NCBI GenBank assembly: GCA_001662655.1
Contig: KV460243.1
DNA: 64,000 nt
Strand: one strand, 5' to 3'
Origin: Pseudogymnoascus verrucosus
Lineage: Eukaryota
This document shows positions 37,550-50,601 of this stretch, piece by piece. Position 1 is the stretch's first letter. Each line of letters begins with the position of its first letter. The translations under genes were made by a program, and so were the position numbers. The notes under the pieces are model-generated. The model was not told the origin of the DNA. It saw only the letters and a program-made list of their open reading frames with translations, and made no database searches.

Positions 37550-38752
37550 CTACACAGAACAGTGCCGTTTCCTACCAGTACCCTGGCCGCCTATTATATG
37601 CTGTGGTCTCGGTGGCTTAGGAGCGTAGCACTTTTCTGCGCAAAGCCGGAACATGACCATCGGCTCGAAGCACGGCATGTCTCGCAACACCTTCGCAACC
37701 CATGGATGTTCCGTGTTTGTCACATCCGTCGCATGATTGAGAAAAGCCCACCCTCTTGGCGGGCGCATATAGTCTGAAAATGGGCCCGAATTACCTTGCA
37801 GAACAGTCCTCCACTCATCCTCCCTCCGAGTACGAAAGATTCCCTCCGGGTCTTGGATATCCGCACAGTTGTTCTTTGCCTCCGCTTTACGCAAATTGTG
37901 AGTCACCCATTTTGTCACCAGCCTCTGTTTCCACTGCGCTACTCGGGGTAACCATTCGGACTCGTGCCTGACCAAGGCCAATTCAAAGAACATCACAGGC
38001 TCGAGGGCTTTCCTCGGCCCCGCGGCCCAGAGTTTGTAATAAGCCTTTAGCGCGGTCTTATCTCCTGCCCTGACGAGCTTAACACGTTCTTCTCCCAAGC
38101 GACCAAATAACATCCCCCCTTCTTTCCGCAGAGCAGCATCTAGACTGAGGTGCAGGCTAACCACGCACAGGGTGGTCAGGTACGACCCGCCAGCTTCGGT
38201 GAGCAAGTCCAAATTTTTGTCCTCGTATGTAGTCATGAACTCGGCGCCCTGATAGTCGTTAAATGCTAGCACTAGTGGCGCAACAATAGAGATGTGCGTG
38301 GAATGGCCGAGCCGCCGTCTTAGCCACAGCAAAAACTGCAGCGGGTTGTCGCTGGGATGGTCCCTTCCAACATTGTAACAATTTCCGTAATTGAGGTGCA
38401 GCACGTCAATAGATGGAGTAACCCAAAGATCCTTGATGCTATTCATGGCCTTCCATCCTGGGGCATCACTGTCGACGAAATTGCCGTCGTATATCTGCTT
38501 GAAGCCGGCGAGGAGGGCGACGCTGCGCGACTCCTTGCAAATCTGGACAGCTATCGGGATCCGACTGTTGAATTGCGACGTATTATACATGCTGCACGGC
38601 GTGGTAACATTCTCAGTTATTGGCCTGTCTAGTTCGACAATGCGCGCGGGAAGACACAGTTCCCAGATGCGACGCTGTAGCTCGACGGGTAGCTGGGGGA
38701 ATAAAGTGAATGATTGTGCAGGCTCTTGCCTTGTGGCGTTAGTCGTGGTCAT
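37550..38752 (-). CDS. 2EXR-domain protein
   Basis: N-terminal FTLFPQLPVELQRRIWELCLPARIVEL...PIAVQICKESRSVAL...IDVLHL pattern. Intronless; ATG at 38752. Confidence 0.8.
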   Translation of the reverse strand: MTTTNATRQEPAQSFTLFPQLPVELQRRIWELCLPARIVELDRPITENVTTPCSMYNTSQFNSRIPIAVQICKESRSVALLAGFKQIYDGNFVDSDAPGWKAMNSIKDLWVTPSIDVLHLNYGNCYNVGRDHPSDNPLQFLLWLRRRLGHSTHISIVAPLVLAFNDYQGAEFMTTYEDKNLDLLTEAGGSYLTTLCVVSLHLSLDAALRKEGGMLFGRLGEERVKLVRAGDKTALKAYYKLWAAGPRKALEPVMFFELALVRHESEWLPRVAQWKQRLVTKWVTHNLRKAEAKNNCADIQDPEGIFRTRREDEWRTVLQGNSGPFSDYMRPPRGWAFLNHATDVTNTEHPWVAKVLRDMPCFEPMVMFRLCAEKCYAPKPPRPQHIIGGQGTGRKRHCSV

Positions 38753-39233
38753 TGAACCGAGTGATGATGCTGGTGCTGGCGGTAGTGTAACAAAAAGATA
38801 CCGTGGGAACGTCACTACGGCCAATTATTCGTGACTATTCAAAAGCAAGTTAGTGAGATTGTCGCCGTCGTGGATTTGGTGTTGGTGTTGTAGTTTGAGA
38901 GGGAAGAGGTCGCATTTAGGAATGGAAGCGGGGTTAAAAGGGGTGTCGGCCGCCAAGGAAATGTGAGACTTTACTGCAGTATGATAACTGACCAGTTCTC
39001 CAAACTCGAAAGTGCCTCCTCCGCCTAGGTCCTGAAGATTGATCGGGTTAGTAAAAAGTGTTGTTAGACTTGTCTAGGGTGACAGGGAGTTGGAAATGGG
39101 TGCATAAATCATATAAATTATATGTATATATAATGCTAATTGGAAAGAATGCATTTTATATCATGCAATAGTCACCATTCTATTGGCTCGCCAAGTGGTC
39201 AACGCGGAACGATGGTCTGATCTGATCATCCAT

Positions 39234-41105
39234 TTATGGAGCATCAGGATCGGGGTTGTTACCCCAGACTCGCTTTGAGATACCAACCGCGCTTGTGGCT
39301 TCTGCAAGAGGCTCGAGGGCGAGCACAGTAATTTGGTTGCCTTTATTCTTCAAGTAGCAGCCTGGGAGATAGAGCGACTGCTGCGGGCCAATAATCCAGT
39401 AGCGACCGAGATTGACACCATTGACCCATACGTTTCCCTTCACCCAGCCTGGCAGCTCAAGGAATGTGTCACCAATAGTTTCGACATCGAAGGATCCCGT
39501 ATAGAAGATTGGGGTTGAGGTAGCTGAGGGTGCTGGGCCGCGATACTTGGCTTGTGGAGCAGGTGGTTGCTCGAGAGCTAGGGGATATGTCACCCAGTCA
39601 AGCAGAACGTTGTCTCCGATAGTAACGTTTCCGACTACGCCCTTGCGTTGCTCGACGAGTGCCGGGCCATAATCAATGCGACCCATGTTCTCGACAAGTA
39701 GCTCAAGAACGTCCCCAGCCTTGAGGTCAAGCGTAACGGTGGCTGGTACCATGTAGATACGATCAACAACCCCAACGCGCTCCCCGTTAACATAAACCAG
39801 GACACGATCTCTTGGAACATCACCCGGCTTAAGAGACCCCTTAACTGCGGTATTGACCTTGTGCCTGTACATAATAAATCCATATGATTGGCCAAGAGCC
39901 TCCATATTGGTGGGATTCTGTTGACGAGCAGGTTCTGGCAGCGCGTCAAACAGAGCCACTGATGGTTTGAGTTGAAACGTCGGGATATCAATCATTGGGC
40001 TCTTCACTGGGATATCTGGCACCGTGGAATTGTCGCCTAGGTGCGCAATGATTGTCTCTCGTATGGCATGGTAAGCATCAGTCGGGCGACCACTCTCATC
40101 AAGGGGGGCGCCATAATCGTAGCTGGATGTTACTGCAGACAATGCATTATCGATCCATAGACCGGCGTTCTGGAAACCCATGTTTGTGCCTCCGTGAAAC
40201 ATGTAAATGCTGATAGACGATTTGTTAGTTAACACCCAGGCAACGTCATCTTGGATCGACTTCAACGCCGCGGCGTTCCCATCGTTTGTGTTGTGTGTGC
40301 TGTTGCTGCCCCAAGTATCAATCCATGTGACATAGTATTCTCCGTCCAGTTGGGGTCCGAGGCTAGTTGGGTCGGTGACAAATTTATCTCTAGCTTCAAA
40401 TCCAGTCTTTGGGTCGCCGTCAGTCTCTGCAAGAACGCCAGTGATCTGGCCTCCCGCAAGATATGATTCACCACCACCATCGTTTGTATAGAGTGGGACC
40501 TCGTACTGAGATTTTAGCATATCTCTCAAGGCAGCGACGTAAATGTGGTCATTGCCGAATGAACCGTACTCATTCTCGACCTGTACCATAAGGATGGGCC
40601 CGCCATTGGTGACTTGGAGCGGTGCTACTTCCTCAGCAAGATGTTCGAGGTATGCCTTGGACGCATCTAGGAATGGCTTGTTGTTGGTACGGACGGCCAT
40701 GCCGGGTACCTCACTGAGCCATGCCGGGAATCCACCCCATTCACGTTCTCCGCAGATGTACGGACCAGGTCTCAAAACGATATTGAGACCCTCTTCTTGG
40801 GCGATCTGAAAGTATTTCTTGATATCATTCTGACCGGTAAAGTCCCAGGTTCCGGGGGACGGCTCAATATCATTCCAGAAGATGTAAGAGAAAATCGTAT
40901 TGAGACCCATTGCTCGTGCCATGGACAGCCGATCTCTCCAGTATTCATTCGGAATTCGTTGGGGGTCCATCTGCCCCCCAATCATTTGGTAGGGCTTCCC
41001 ATGGAGAAGAAAGTCAGTCCTGTTGTATGTGAACGGCGCGGTGTCGGCAGAGGCCGCCGGGCCGAGTATGGCGGCCAAGGAAGTTAGGAGCCAGAATGAT
41101 CGCAT
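39234..41105 (-). CDS. Secreted compact GH35 glycosidase (GLB1/bacterial-type architecture), intronless
   Basis: Signal peptide MRSFWLLTSLAAILG, LRPGPYICGEREWGGFPAWL, QVENEYGS, DGEYY, YMFHGGTN, TSSYDYGAP and NLGRYWIIGPQQSLYLP. Confidence 0.93.
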   Translation of the reverse strand: MRSFWLLTSLAAILGPAASADTAPFTYNRTDFLLHGKPYQMIGGQMDPQRIPNEYWRDRLSMARAMGLNTIFSYIFWNDIEPSPGTWDFTGQNDIKKYFQIAQEEGLNIVLRPGPYICGEREWGGFPAWLSEVPGMAVRTNNKPFLDASKAYLEHLAEEVAPLQVTNGGPILMVQVENEYGSFGNDHIYVAALRDMLKSQYEVPLYTNDGGGESYLAGGQITGVLAETDGDPKTGFEARDKFVTDPTSLGPQLDGEYYVTWIDTWGSNSTHNTNDGNAAALKSIQDDVAWVLTNKSSISIYMFHGGTNMGFQNAGLWIDNALSAVTSSYDYGAPLDESGRPTDAYHAIRETIIAHLGDNSTVPDIPVKSPMIDIPTFQLKPSVALFDALPEPARQQNPTNMEALGQSYGFIMYRHKVNTAVKGSLKPGDVPRDRVLVYVNGERVGVVDRIYMVPATVTLDLKAGDVLELLVENMGRIDYGPALVEQRKGVVGNVTIGDNVLLDWVTYPLALEQPPAPQAKYRGPAPSATSTPIFYTGSFDVETIGDTFLELPGWVKGNVWVNGVNLGRYWIIGPQQSLYLPGCYLKNKGNQITVLALEPLAEATSAVGISKRVWGNNPDPDAP

Positions 41106-41988
41106 GTTGAGATTTGTTGAGCTTGCTCTGGTGCATTTCTCATGCGCCGAAGCGCCTGTTTTAAGGAGAAAGTCATGATGCAAAAAGTTGTCAGTGTTGA
41201 GCTGTCAGTGTTGCTCCGCAGCCAGTTTTGGCAACGTTGCATGCATGTAGCTGCGGGGAGTGTTCTCCAGTTTATTAAAGCAAAGACTCGACGTGAAGCT
41301 GGAGGAATATTCGCAGATCATCACCTTTAACCTCATCGTTGGGTAGCGTAGGGGTATCTTCCGAAGACCAATTAGGCATGGAAGGCTGGCGGATCTCGGT
41401 ATGAAGGGAGCTCTGTCGGATTTATGGCATCGGAACTCGATTAAATTGCCTGTTTAGGAAGGCAAGCAGCAACTTGGAAGCTTTTGACCCATATTTGATA
41501 GTGAAGCCAACCTGCTATGAGCCTTACAGCCGAACCCCGCATTCACGTTGGATGCCGGTAGCCTCTTTGCGGCTGCCGATCGACATTATACCACATAACC
41601 ACGCGACGTCACATCATATATGCACGTGATAAACCAACGAGAAAACCAATATCTCTTTCGGCTGATCTTAGATAAATCATTGACTTATTGAAGGAGTAAA
41701 ATGTTCTTGGTTTTGTAGATGTATTGGGGTTGGTGGAACTTAACTAAAGGTGCCGGATAAATACAGTTGGAGAGATTGCTGGGCGCCATTTCAACATGCT
41801 ACAATGACTGAGTATATCAGCGATGACTATATGGTATCTTGCTTAGTTCCTCAAACAATATAGACGAAAGGGTCAGAATCAAATAGCTGTCTTTGTACAA
41901 CAAAGTACGATAATGCGAAATAGACAAATTGACGAAGGAAATTCCATTCCAAAGCCACAGTAAGCGGACCCGTCTTCACTCTCCGAGC

Positions 41989-42888
41989 TCACCGTGCGAT
42001 GTTCTCAGCCGCCAACGCCTTTTGCCCAATCCGTACTAGATCTTCATGAAGCAGTGTGTCCTTCTCAATTCCATTAACAGCCTGTTGCAGCAGCGTTGCC
42101 GCTATCTCGCCCACATCGAGTATGGGAAGACTGATGATAGCACGGCCGATGGACCCTAGAACCTTCATCACCGGCCCCGTTCGCCCTGGCGCGTCAATTA
42201 TTCCAGGCTTCGTGACACACGCTTCTACTGCACCGTTTGAGTTTTTGGCAAACTCGAGAATGAGAGACTCTGTTTTTCCCTGCACCAGGGTCTCAGCAAT
42301 ACAACAGGGGGATTAGAACTAGGATCTAGGATGGGTAAAGGCTTACCCGCATCAAGGTGTAATCGCCCTGGATCCAAGGCTTCTGGCTCTGATCTCGCTG
42401 TGCCCCGTGGCCGCTAGTGTAAATAAAGCGCAGGGGATTGCTCGCGGAGTCGCGCGGCAGCTGTGCCATAGTTTCCATTCCCTTCAGGGTGTAGTCGAGG
42501 CAGATCTTCCGCACATCTTCAAATGGCATGGTCTTCACATTTGAGAACGTGACAGCGATGAGCCTATCACATAATACATTAGTAAAGGGGCATAATTCGA
42601 TTACACGTGATGAGCCAGAACAACAGAACAACGAGTGGTGAGGATAATGTACCAGATACATGCATCGGCCCCAACAAGCTCCTTCTTCACGGTCTCTGTG
42701 TAGTTCTCGAAATCATCACAGACGACAGATTTAAGCTTGCTTGCATCGGCGCTTGGCCCCGCATTCTGCGGCACAGCTGTCGTCCGACGTGCGAGGGCGA
42801 CGACGGAGGTGATGGCGGGAATGGAGAGGGCTTGGCGGATGACCTCCGTCGCGACGAACCCTGTCGAGCCGGCGACGATGATTTTCAT
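41989..42888 (-). CDS. NAD(P)-binding Rossmann-fold protein (atypical SDR/epimerase-like)
   Basis: MKIIVAGSTGFVATEVIRQAL...GADACIW, LRFIYTSG and KGKTE-like segment. Two introns. Confidence 0.85.
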
Positions 42889-44854
42889 GGTTTCTACTGC
42901 TTCAACCCGCTCCGCTGGTGTGGCTGACTCGCGGGAGAAGGGTCTTTGGGAAGGGGCTGGGAGATGTAAGTTTAAGGAGGCTGATTGATGGCTTTCAACT
43001 TCCTTCGCCGTCGTCGTCAGACCTTCGTATACCAGTCAGCATCGACAAGGTTCCCGACGATTATTCCTGGAGCTCAGATGTCTATGTAGTGGAGTCGTAG
43101 GATTCGTGGGATTTGGTTGGCTAGGCTAATCTAGTAGATGGAAGGTTCGACAGGGGATGGATCAGTGTTGTCGTAACTTCCCCGTCGTAATTTGCTGGAA
43201 TATGGAGGAGATCGTCACATGACTAGTTGTAAAGTAATCATTGGTTTATGGCTTGTATAATGGCACCGCGAAGTATAATTCTTCTAGTCTGTTACGTATA
43301 GAAGAAATGACGGTTTAGCAATTGACGGATGAGGGGGTTGACGGGGTCATGACAGTTAGAGTGAAGCAACACGTGATATAGTTACGGCAGGATAGGGTCC
43401 ACATTCTCTGCAAGCGGCTTGGTAAAGCTTGTTTTGAAGTGAGGAGAGAGAGATGCCGAGCGAAAACAGGGTGGGCGTCCTCAATGGGCGCTGGGCGTAC
43501 TACAAGCCGGCTCGGCTAAAGCTTGATGTCTATGTGGTCCCTTCAATCCCCTCAATCTCGTTCCCCTCCTCCTCCTAACCTTCCCCTATCGCTCGATATC
43601 TATACCCATCTAGTAGGTCCCGGGTATACGGCCGTTTTAGTGGACACATGGAAGGCACGAGTAAGACCAAATACGATACCACGGCGCTGTTTTACGGACA
43701 GTATTTTACCTATGTATGTACGTTGTTCGTTATCTGGCTGGGTAGGTGCCCCCCTGCGATATCTCCGTGCCCCTGTAGCAATACTAATATACCCCACTTA
43801 CACGATTGGCTATGGTTAGAAAAGGTGTTCTAGAGGCGTCATAGCAGAGGGCGGCACATGGCCACCCACCATAGCACCTTCCGCTAACTTTGGTCCCTAC
43901 CTACCTCTTTTATTCCCAGTGGCTTGTTGGTGATGGCTATGGTATTGCTTGCGATCGGCAAATTGACGCCGGCGCACGCTTCACACCTTCCTCTTTGGGA
44001 CTTATCAACACCATCCCCTCATATGCTTCTCATGTGCTCCCCATGTGCTCTTCATCGCATCCTTCTACAATACTGTGTACAGTTGCCGTATACAATGCTG
44101 TGTATTGTGTTGTATACGATGTGCTCTATACGGGTCGGTGATACGTAATCGATGCATTTGGGACTAACTAGGGACATCTGAGTACGACTAGGGATACATA
44201 GTTGTCGATGTCTCACAAAACACGAGACAGCACGACAGTTGCCCCGACTTACATTGCTACCCTCGTCCGTACAACTGTCATGTCTTAACAGCTTGGCTCC
44301 ATTAGCTCTTCTCATTGGACTGGTGGTGCTACTGTCTATCACTTCCGTCGGATTTTGGTCTCACCCCAGCGCACCATAAACCGACCAAATTGACTAGCCG
44401 CGCCCATCACCTTCCTGTTTCCGTCTTGGCACTTGTCAATCTTCACATCTCATCCTTGTCCACAGCTGTAGCTGTGGGTTGCACCGCGGAGAACACCTTG
44501 AAGGTGTGCCACGGCCTGTATCGCGGGGATAAAATAGCCCCGGCACGATGCAATTTACGGAAGGTGGTCGTTGATCGCTGATCGTCGCTGATACCAAATG
44601 CACCTACGCGGTCTAGTTGGCCACGAGCTTCACTAATGCGACCCTCGGTATCTCTGGGGGCCACCCCAAGAAACCCCAGGATTCGACTGTGTGAGACCAT
44701 CTCGCGCGATACCCTGCCTGTTGCGGAAGATCTTTATATATGATGCTCAATCCCCCCTTCACGAGACTGGAGCTTCCCCACTGCTTGCTGCATTCAATAA
44801 AGTGAATGTATTGAGCGACATCACGCCCTCAACTGAAGCTATCAGTGAAGCACC

Positions 44855-47447
44855 ATGGGTCTTCTCTCCTTCCGCAAGGGCCAAGGCCCGGTCGTTGAGA
44901 ACCCAACCACCGACGCCGATGCCATCTCGTCCGGTGTCGATAAAGGCGTCACAGCCGAACCGAAACACTATGTGCCACCGGATGAGATCCGAAAGGAGCT
45001 CTCGGCCTTTGAGAAAGAGCATATGTGGGATCCTAATATGCCCCAGGAGAACCTCAATGCTGTCAAGAAGGCCCTCCAGGCCGACGACGTGAACGCGGAA
45101 ATGGCCTTGGAAAATGCCCTCATTGAAGAGGACTCTCCATATGCTGAAGTCCGTGCTGCCGTCCGAAGTGAGTGACTTGCGACCCGAGAAAGCTTATTTG
45201 TATGCTAACCTGTCCGTAGACTACGATGAAGAAGTGCCGGCAAACACGATCCGCGCGTGGGTCATTGGGATGTTGTGGACGACGATTGGAAGTGCCATCA
45301 ATATGCTCTTCTCTCTCCGCAATCCTTCCATCTACTTGACCCCGGTTGTGACGCTGCTTCTCTCGTACCCCACCGGTGTTGCCTGGGCGGCCGTGATGCC
45401 AACCCGCAAATTCAAGACGTTCGGGATCACCTGGAGCTTGAACCCTGGCCCATTCAACATGAAGGAGCACGCTGTTATTGTTATCATGGCCAATGCTTCG
45501 TTTGGAGGTTCAACTGCATATTCGACCGACGTCCTCCTCGCTCAAGAGGTCTACTACAAACAGAAGTTTGGATGGGGCTACCAACTCCTCCTTACAATAA
45601 CCTGCCAGATGCTTGGATTGGGTCTTGCGGGTGTTACGCGCACCTGGCTCGTTGAACCAGCTGCCATGATCTGGCCCTCGAATCTCGTCACCACTACGCT
45701 TTTCGAGACCATTCACACCAAAACTGCTCCTGACGCCGTTAAGACTAGCGGATGGACCATGGGACGCTACAAGTGGTTCCTAATTGTCATGGGTGCCATC
45801 TTCGTTTGGGAATGGTTCCCACTATGGATCGCTCCGTTCCTCGCAACATTCACCTTCGTTTGTTGGGCAGCTCCTAACAATGTCGTCGTCAACCAACTCT
45901 TTGGCGGACAGACTGGCCTAAGTTTGATCCCAATCACATTTGACTGGTCTACCCTTACCGCTTTCATCTACAGTCCCCTGGTTTACCCTTTCCACGCCAT
46001 TGCCAACACCATGCTGGGCATGGTGGTTTTTGTCATTATCACGTCTATCGGGATCCACTACACCGGTGCTCTCTACTCAGAGTATCTTCCGATGTCAACA
46101 AGTGGCAGCTTCGACAATACGGGCAAAGCATATAAAGTTGCAAATATATTGAATGCAGACTACACCCTAAACGAGGAAAAATACAAGGCGTACTCGCCCC
46201 TATTCCTCTCGACCACCTTTGGTCTTACTTATGGCCTATCATTCGCTACCATTGCCGCTCTGGTTGTACACACAGGGCTTTTCAACGGCAAGCAGATCTG
46301 GCGGCAATTCCGTGCAAGTCGCGAAGATGGTGCCGACGTGCATATGCGCATGATGCTAAAATACAAAGAAGCACCAGTATGGTGGTACGGCGCATCGTTC
46401 GTCGTCATGTTTGCCCTCGGTTTGGTGACCTGCCTCGCTTGGGACACGCATCTGACGTGGTGGGGATTTATCATTGCACTTCTCATTTCCCTCTTCTTCT
46501 ACCTACCAATTGGAATTGTACAGGCTACGACGAACGTCCAGTTGGGACTGAACGTTATCACAGAGTTCATCGTCGGATACATGCTTCCCGGTCGTCCTCT
46601 TGCCATGATGATGTTCAAGATGTACGGCTACATCACTGTGTACCAAGGACTCTATTTCACACAGGATCTTAAGCTGGCCCATTACATGAAGGTTCCACAG
46701 CGAACTATCTTCTGGGCCATGTTTGTCGCGACGCTCTGGTCCTGCTTCGTCCAAATCGCCGTTTACAACTGGGCGCTTGGAAACTTCGACGGGGTCTGCA
46801 CAGATAGTCAACCCGACCGCTATACTTGCCCAGGGGCGAAAGTGTTTTTCACCGCCTCGATAATATGTAAGGAATCCTATGCAAACTCCTCCTGCTCTAG
46901 TTCCTGGATGATACTTATTACCTTTATATGCTATATTAAGATCTATACTAATAAATTGTTAGGGGGAGTCATCGGCCCAAACCGTGTTTTTGGCAGCAAC
47001 GGAATCTACCACTGCATGGAGTACTTTTTCATTCTCGGTGCTGGTCTCCCAGTCCTCGTCTATTTCCTCGCGCGCAGGTACCCACGCAGCATCATCCGCT
47101 TCATCAACACGCCTGTCCTCTTCGGCGGAACAGGAAACATCCCCCCCGCAACTGTAATGATTTACGCCTCGTGGGGTTTTGTCGGCACGATGTTCAACAA
47201 GGTTATCAAGAAGCGTCACCCAGGTTGGTGGACGGAGTACAACTACATCACCTCCGCAGCCCTCGACTCCGGCACGATCATTTGCGTGCTGCTCATCTTC
47301 TTCGCGCTGCAGCTGCCAAAGATCAACTCGCCACAGTGGTGGGGTGGAGCTAATGGCGGCTACACCAACAATGGAGATTGGAATGCTGCGACCCAGAAGC
47401 AGGTTGCTGATGGAGAGATTTTCGGTCCTGCTCGGGGGACGTGGTAG
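44855..47447 (+). CDS. OPT-family oligopeptide transporter
   Basis: EDSPYAEVRAAV, NPGPFNMKEH, DLKLAHYMKVP and YNYITSAALDSG. Introns about 45169-45219 and 46867-46961. Confidence 0.96.
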
Positions 47448-48004
47448 AGTAGTGTGTAGAGGATGTGGGGACAGCGGGGATGGACTGTTGTAGCCTGTGA
47501 CGGATGGGATGATGAGATGCTCTCAGATGAATGTTTCTTGCTGTGATAGTTACGTGACAGAAGCAATGAATAACATATTTCAAGCCAAGATTTGCCAAGT
47601 GCTCGAGTGTCATAGAATGAAGTTATTGAAATTTACCTCCTTGGTGAGGTCTCGAATTCAACGCCATGCATGCTTCCATCTAGCGGTTCCCTCGATAATA
47701 ACGTAGAAGTCATACAATACGAAGTCGTAAACTGTAGACTAAGGGGTTTCAAAATAACTTATAATACAATGTTTACGTGAGATGTTCGGCCGTATGGCAC
47801 AATCCCAACGCAAAATAGTGGGCGTGGTTTTAGATCGCTACGCACACACCCCAACCCCCAAAGATTTGCGCTGCGGATTATTTACGGGGTTATTTTAGTT
47901 TGTGGGGAAATCCTTCAAATGCGGGGAATTTTGCTTACAGTCCAGTACCACCAGGCATATCATGCGCCCGAACCTCCCTCCTCTCTTCACCACCAGAATC
48001 TATA

Positions 48005-50045
48005 ATGCGGTCGGACAAGCAGGTAAAGATAAATAGATCCTGCATCGAATGCAGACGGCGAAAGGTACGCTGTGATGGCCAGCAGCCGTGCAGCAACTGC
48101 GTATGGTATGTCGTGGCCGACAACTGCCAGTACCAACCACGAAGGCGACGGAACTGCAGCTCCAATAAGTACGGCCACCACAACCCACTCACTCTACTCT
48201 AGCGTGCTCTGCCCCATCCTTATCAGCGAACAGTTAGGATTAATATATTAATGCAGGGCCGGGAAGCAGATCGCTGCTGGCACAGCAGGCCAGAGCGCCC
48301 ATGACACTATTCTGAACACTCTTTTCCCCGGCTCCAGCGCAGATGAGCTGTCCAAGTTGTCCCGGGCCGAGCTCCTCCAGCTAGCACAGGAGGAACATTC
48401 ACAATCTCCCGGGACAGCGGAGCATCAAAGACTGGGCGAGGCATCAGATCAAACCTCCGACACGGACGACGAGCACGAGTGGAATGAGCGGCAGGAGAAT
48501 CAGGACCCGGCGGCTGACGATGTGAATGGCCTCTCGTTACAGCTCAATCTTAAATCGTACCTAGGAATCTCATCTGTCCGCGCAGCGTTGCGGACAATAT
48601 TCAGATTGAACCCTTCCATACGCGACTACGTGAGGCAGCGGATAGCGACCTGGGATGTATCCAACTCCTGGTGTTTCGCTCCCGGGGGAGTGGGGGTAGG
48701 CCTCCACCAGGAACCCCAATTGTTGAGTCCGACGATAGATGAGGAGACGTGCATCGACGCATACTTCCTCCACGCACATGAGATGACACCAATGCTTGAC
48801 GAAGCAGATTTCCGAGCGACCTGGAAGGAGGGGACCAGAACCGATGGGCCTTGGATTGCCCTCCTGAATATGGTTCTTGTCATGGGCTCGATGTCGACAG
48901 GCAGCGGCGACGATGAATCGCACAAATTTTACTACAGCCGGGCGAAACAATATATAAATATTGAGCTGTTTGGGGCAGGCTGCTTGGAGAGTCTGCAGAC
49001 GCTGTGCATTTTAGGGGGCTACTACCTTCATTACGTTAACACCCCGAACATGGCGCATGCAGTCATGGGTGCAGCTTTTCGGATCGCCATCGGCTTGGGT
49101 CTACATCGTGACACGGCGACCTTGGACACGAAGATAGGAGCAGCTAAAGCAGGTTCAAGACCACAGCTTCGCCGGCAGCTGTGGTGGTGCCTAGTCTGCC
49201 TAGATACTTGGAGCCATATGACGCTCGGCCGGCCGAGTCAAGGGCGATGGGATCCGAAGACCATGAACGTCAGCCTCTCAGAGTCGAGCGATTCAGCAAC
49301 GCTTTCTCTCGACCACAGTCAGACATTCTGCAAGATCGCCACTCGAGTCCAAGACCGATTTGCGCATCTCGAGCCAATTTCCATCAGTGAACTGAAAGCG
49401 TTCGATGTAGAAGTACAAAACTGGCATCGGAATCTCCCACCCGAATTCCGCTATCGCGAGATGTGCCCCGAACGGTTATTGACGTCGTACTCTTTCATGA
49501 GCAATAGGTTTTTCAACCTCCGACTCCTGTTATACCGGCCTGTCCTCCTAAGCTACGCCAATCGCAAAGTCGCATATGATACGCTACTTCCCGAGGAGCA
49601 GGCCGCCATCAATAGCTGTCAGGAAATCGCTTGCAATGCTATTGATAATATTGCTTCTGGATTTACTGAGCCGAATAGGTTGCGCGTGTGGAATTCGGTT
49701 TGGTATCTGTACCAGGCAACCATGGTGACGTTGGTCAGCCTCATCGCAGACCCAAACCACCCCAACGTCTCGCGATGGAAGGCAAGCACAGAGAAGTCGC
49801 TCCAGCTCTTCCAGATCGTAGCGCCGTGGACAAAACCAGCCGATCGCTCGAGAGACGTGCTGGCAAGTATCTACGAAGCGTCACAGCTCCCTCGGAACGA
49901 CATATCAGACATTCCCTTCGATTTCCAAATAGCGGAACTCGATCAGTTTGGGTTGAATGCATTTAGCGGCGGTTGGCAGTGGGATGCATTCAATGGGTTT
50001 GAAGAGGATTATCAGCAACAACATACGAATACGGCGATGTGGTAA
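48005..50045 (+). CDS. Zn(II)2Cys6 transcription factor with fungal-specific TF domain
   Basis: SCIECRRRKVRCDGQQPCSNC...NC, intron about 48169-48256, then SYLGISSVRAALR, RIAIGLGLHRD and RRQLWWCL. Confidence 0.92.
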
Positions 50046-50343
50046 GGCTCATTGGAGTGGGTTTCTGTGTAGATTATATCTACTGTAACGAATATTGATG
50101 TAAATAGTTCTCTACAATCGTATATCACTGTACCATAAACGGTTATGCCAACACGTACGACCTCTTTCGCCTACGCCTAAGATTGTGATTCATTCCCCAT
50201 GAGTTATGCCTGCCGTCCTATTTCCATTACCTCCTGCCCTGTGGCCATCCTGTTGTCGTCATCCCCTTATTGTGACTACTCTCTGTTGCCATCAATCATC
50301 GCCGTCGTTATATCGGCCTCCCCGCTGCTCTCCCCTCCCATCA

Positions 50344-50601
50344 CTACCCCTTCTCCTCACCCTCTGTCGATTTTTCTCCCTCCTTGTTGCTCTCCTTCCC
50401 TATTGCAATACTCGGATCTCGAGGAACCACTCTATCGAAAGCGCCCACCAGAAGCCACGCCGTAGCAGCCACCGAGAAGATGAAAACGCACACAGCGACG
50501 AGGAAACTCGGGAAGGGGTTTGCTTCAAACGATGCGCCTATAAACTCCGCGAAAGCATCGAATTTTGTCTGAGGGTTCTTGACCACGGACGACTGCGTCA
50601 T
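50344..50601 (-). CDS. Putative small single-pass membrane protein (85 aa)
   Basis: ATG in a CACA-ATG context; one hydrophobic helix FLVAVCVFIFSVAATAWLLVGAF and a charged tail. No family recognised. Confidence 0.45.
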   Translation of the reverse strand: MTQSSVVKNPQTKFDAFAEFIGASFEANPFPSFLVAVCVFIFSVAATAWLLVGAFDRVVPRDPSIAIGKESNKEGEKSTEGEEKG

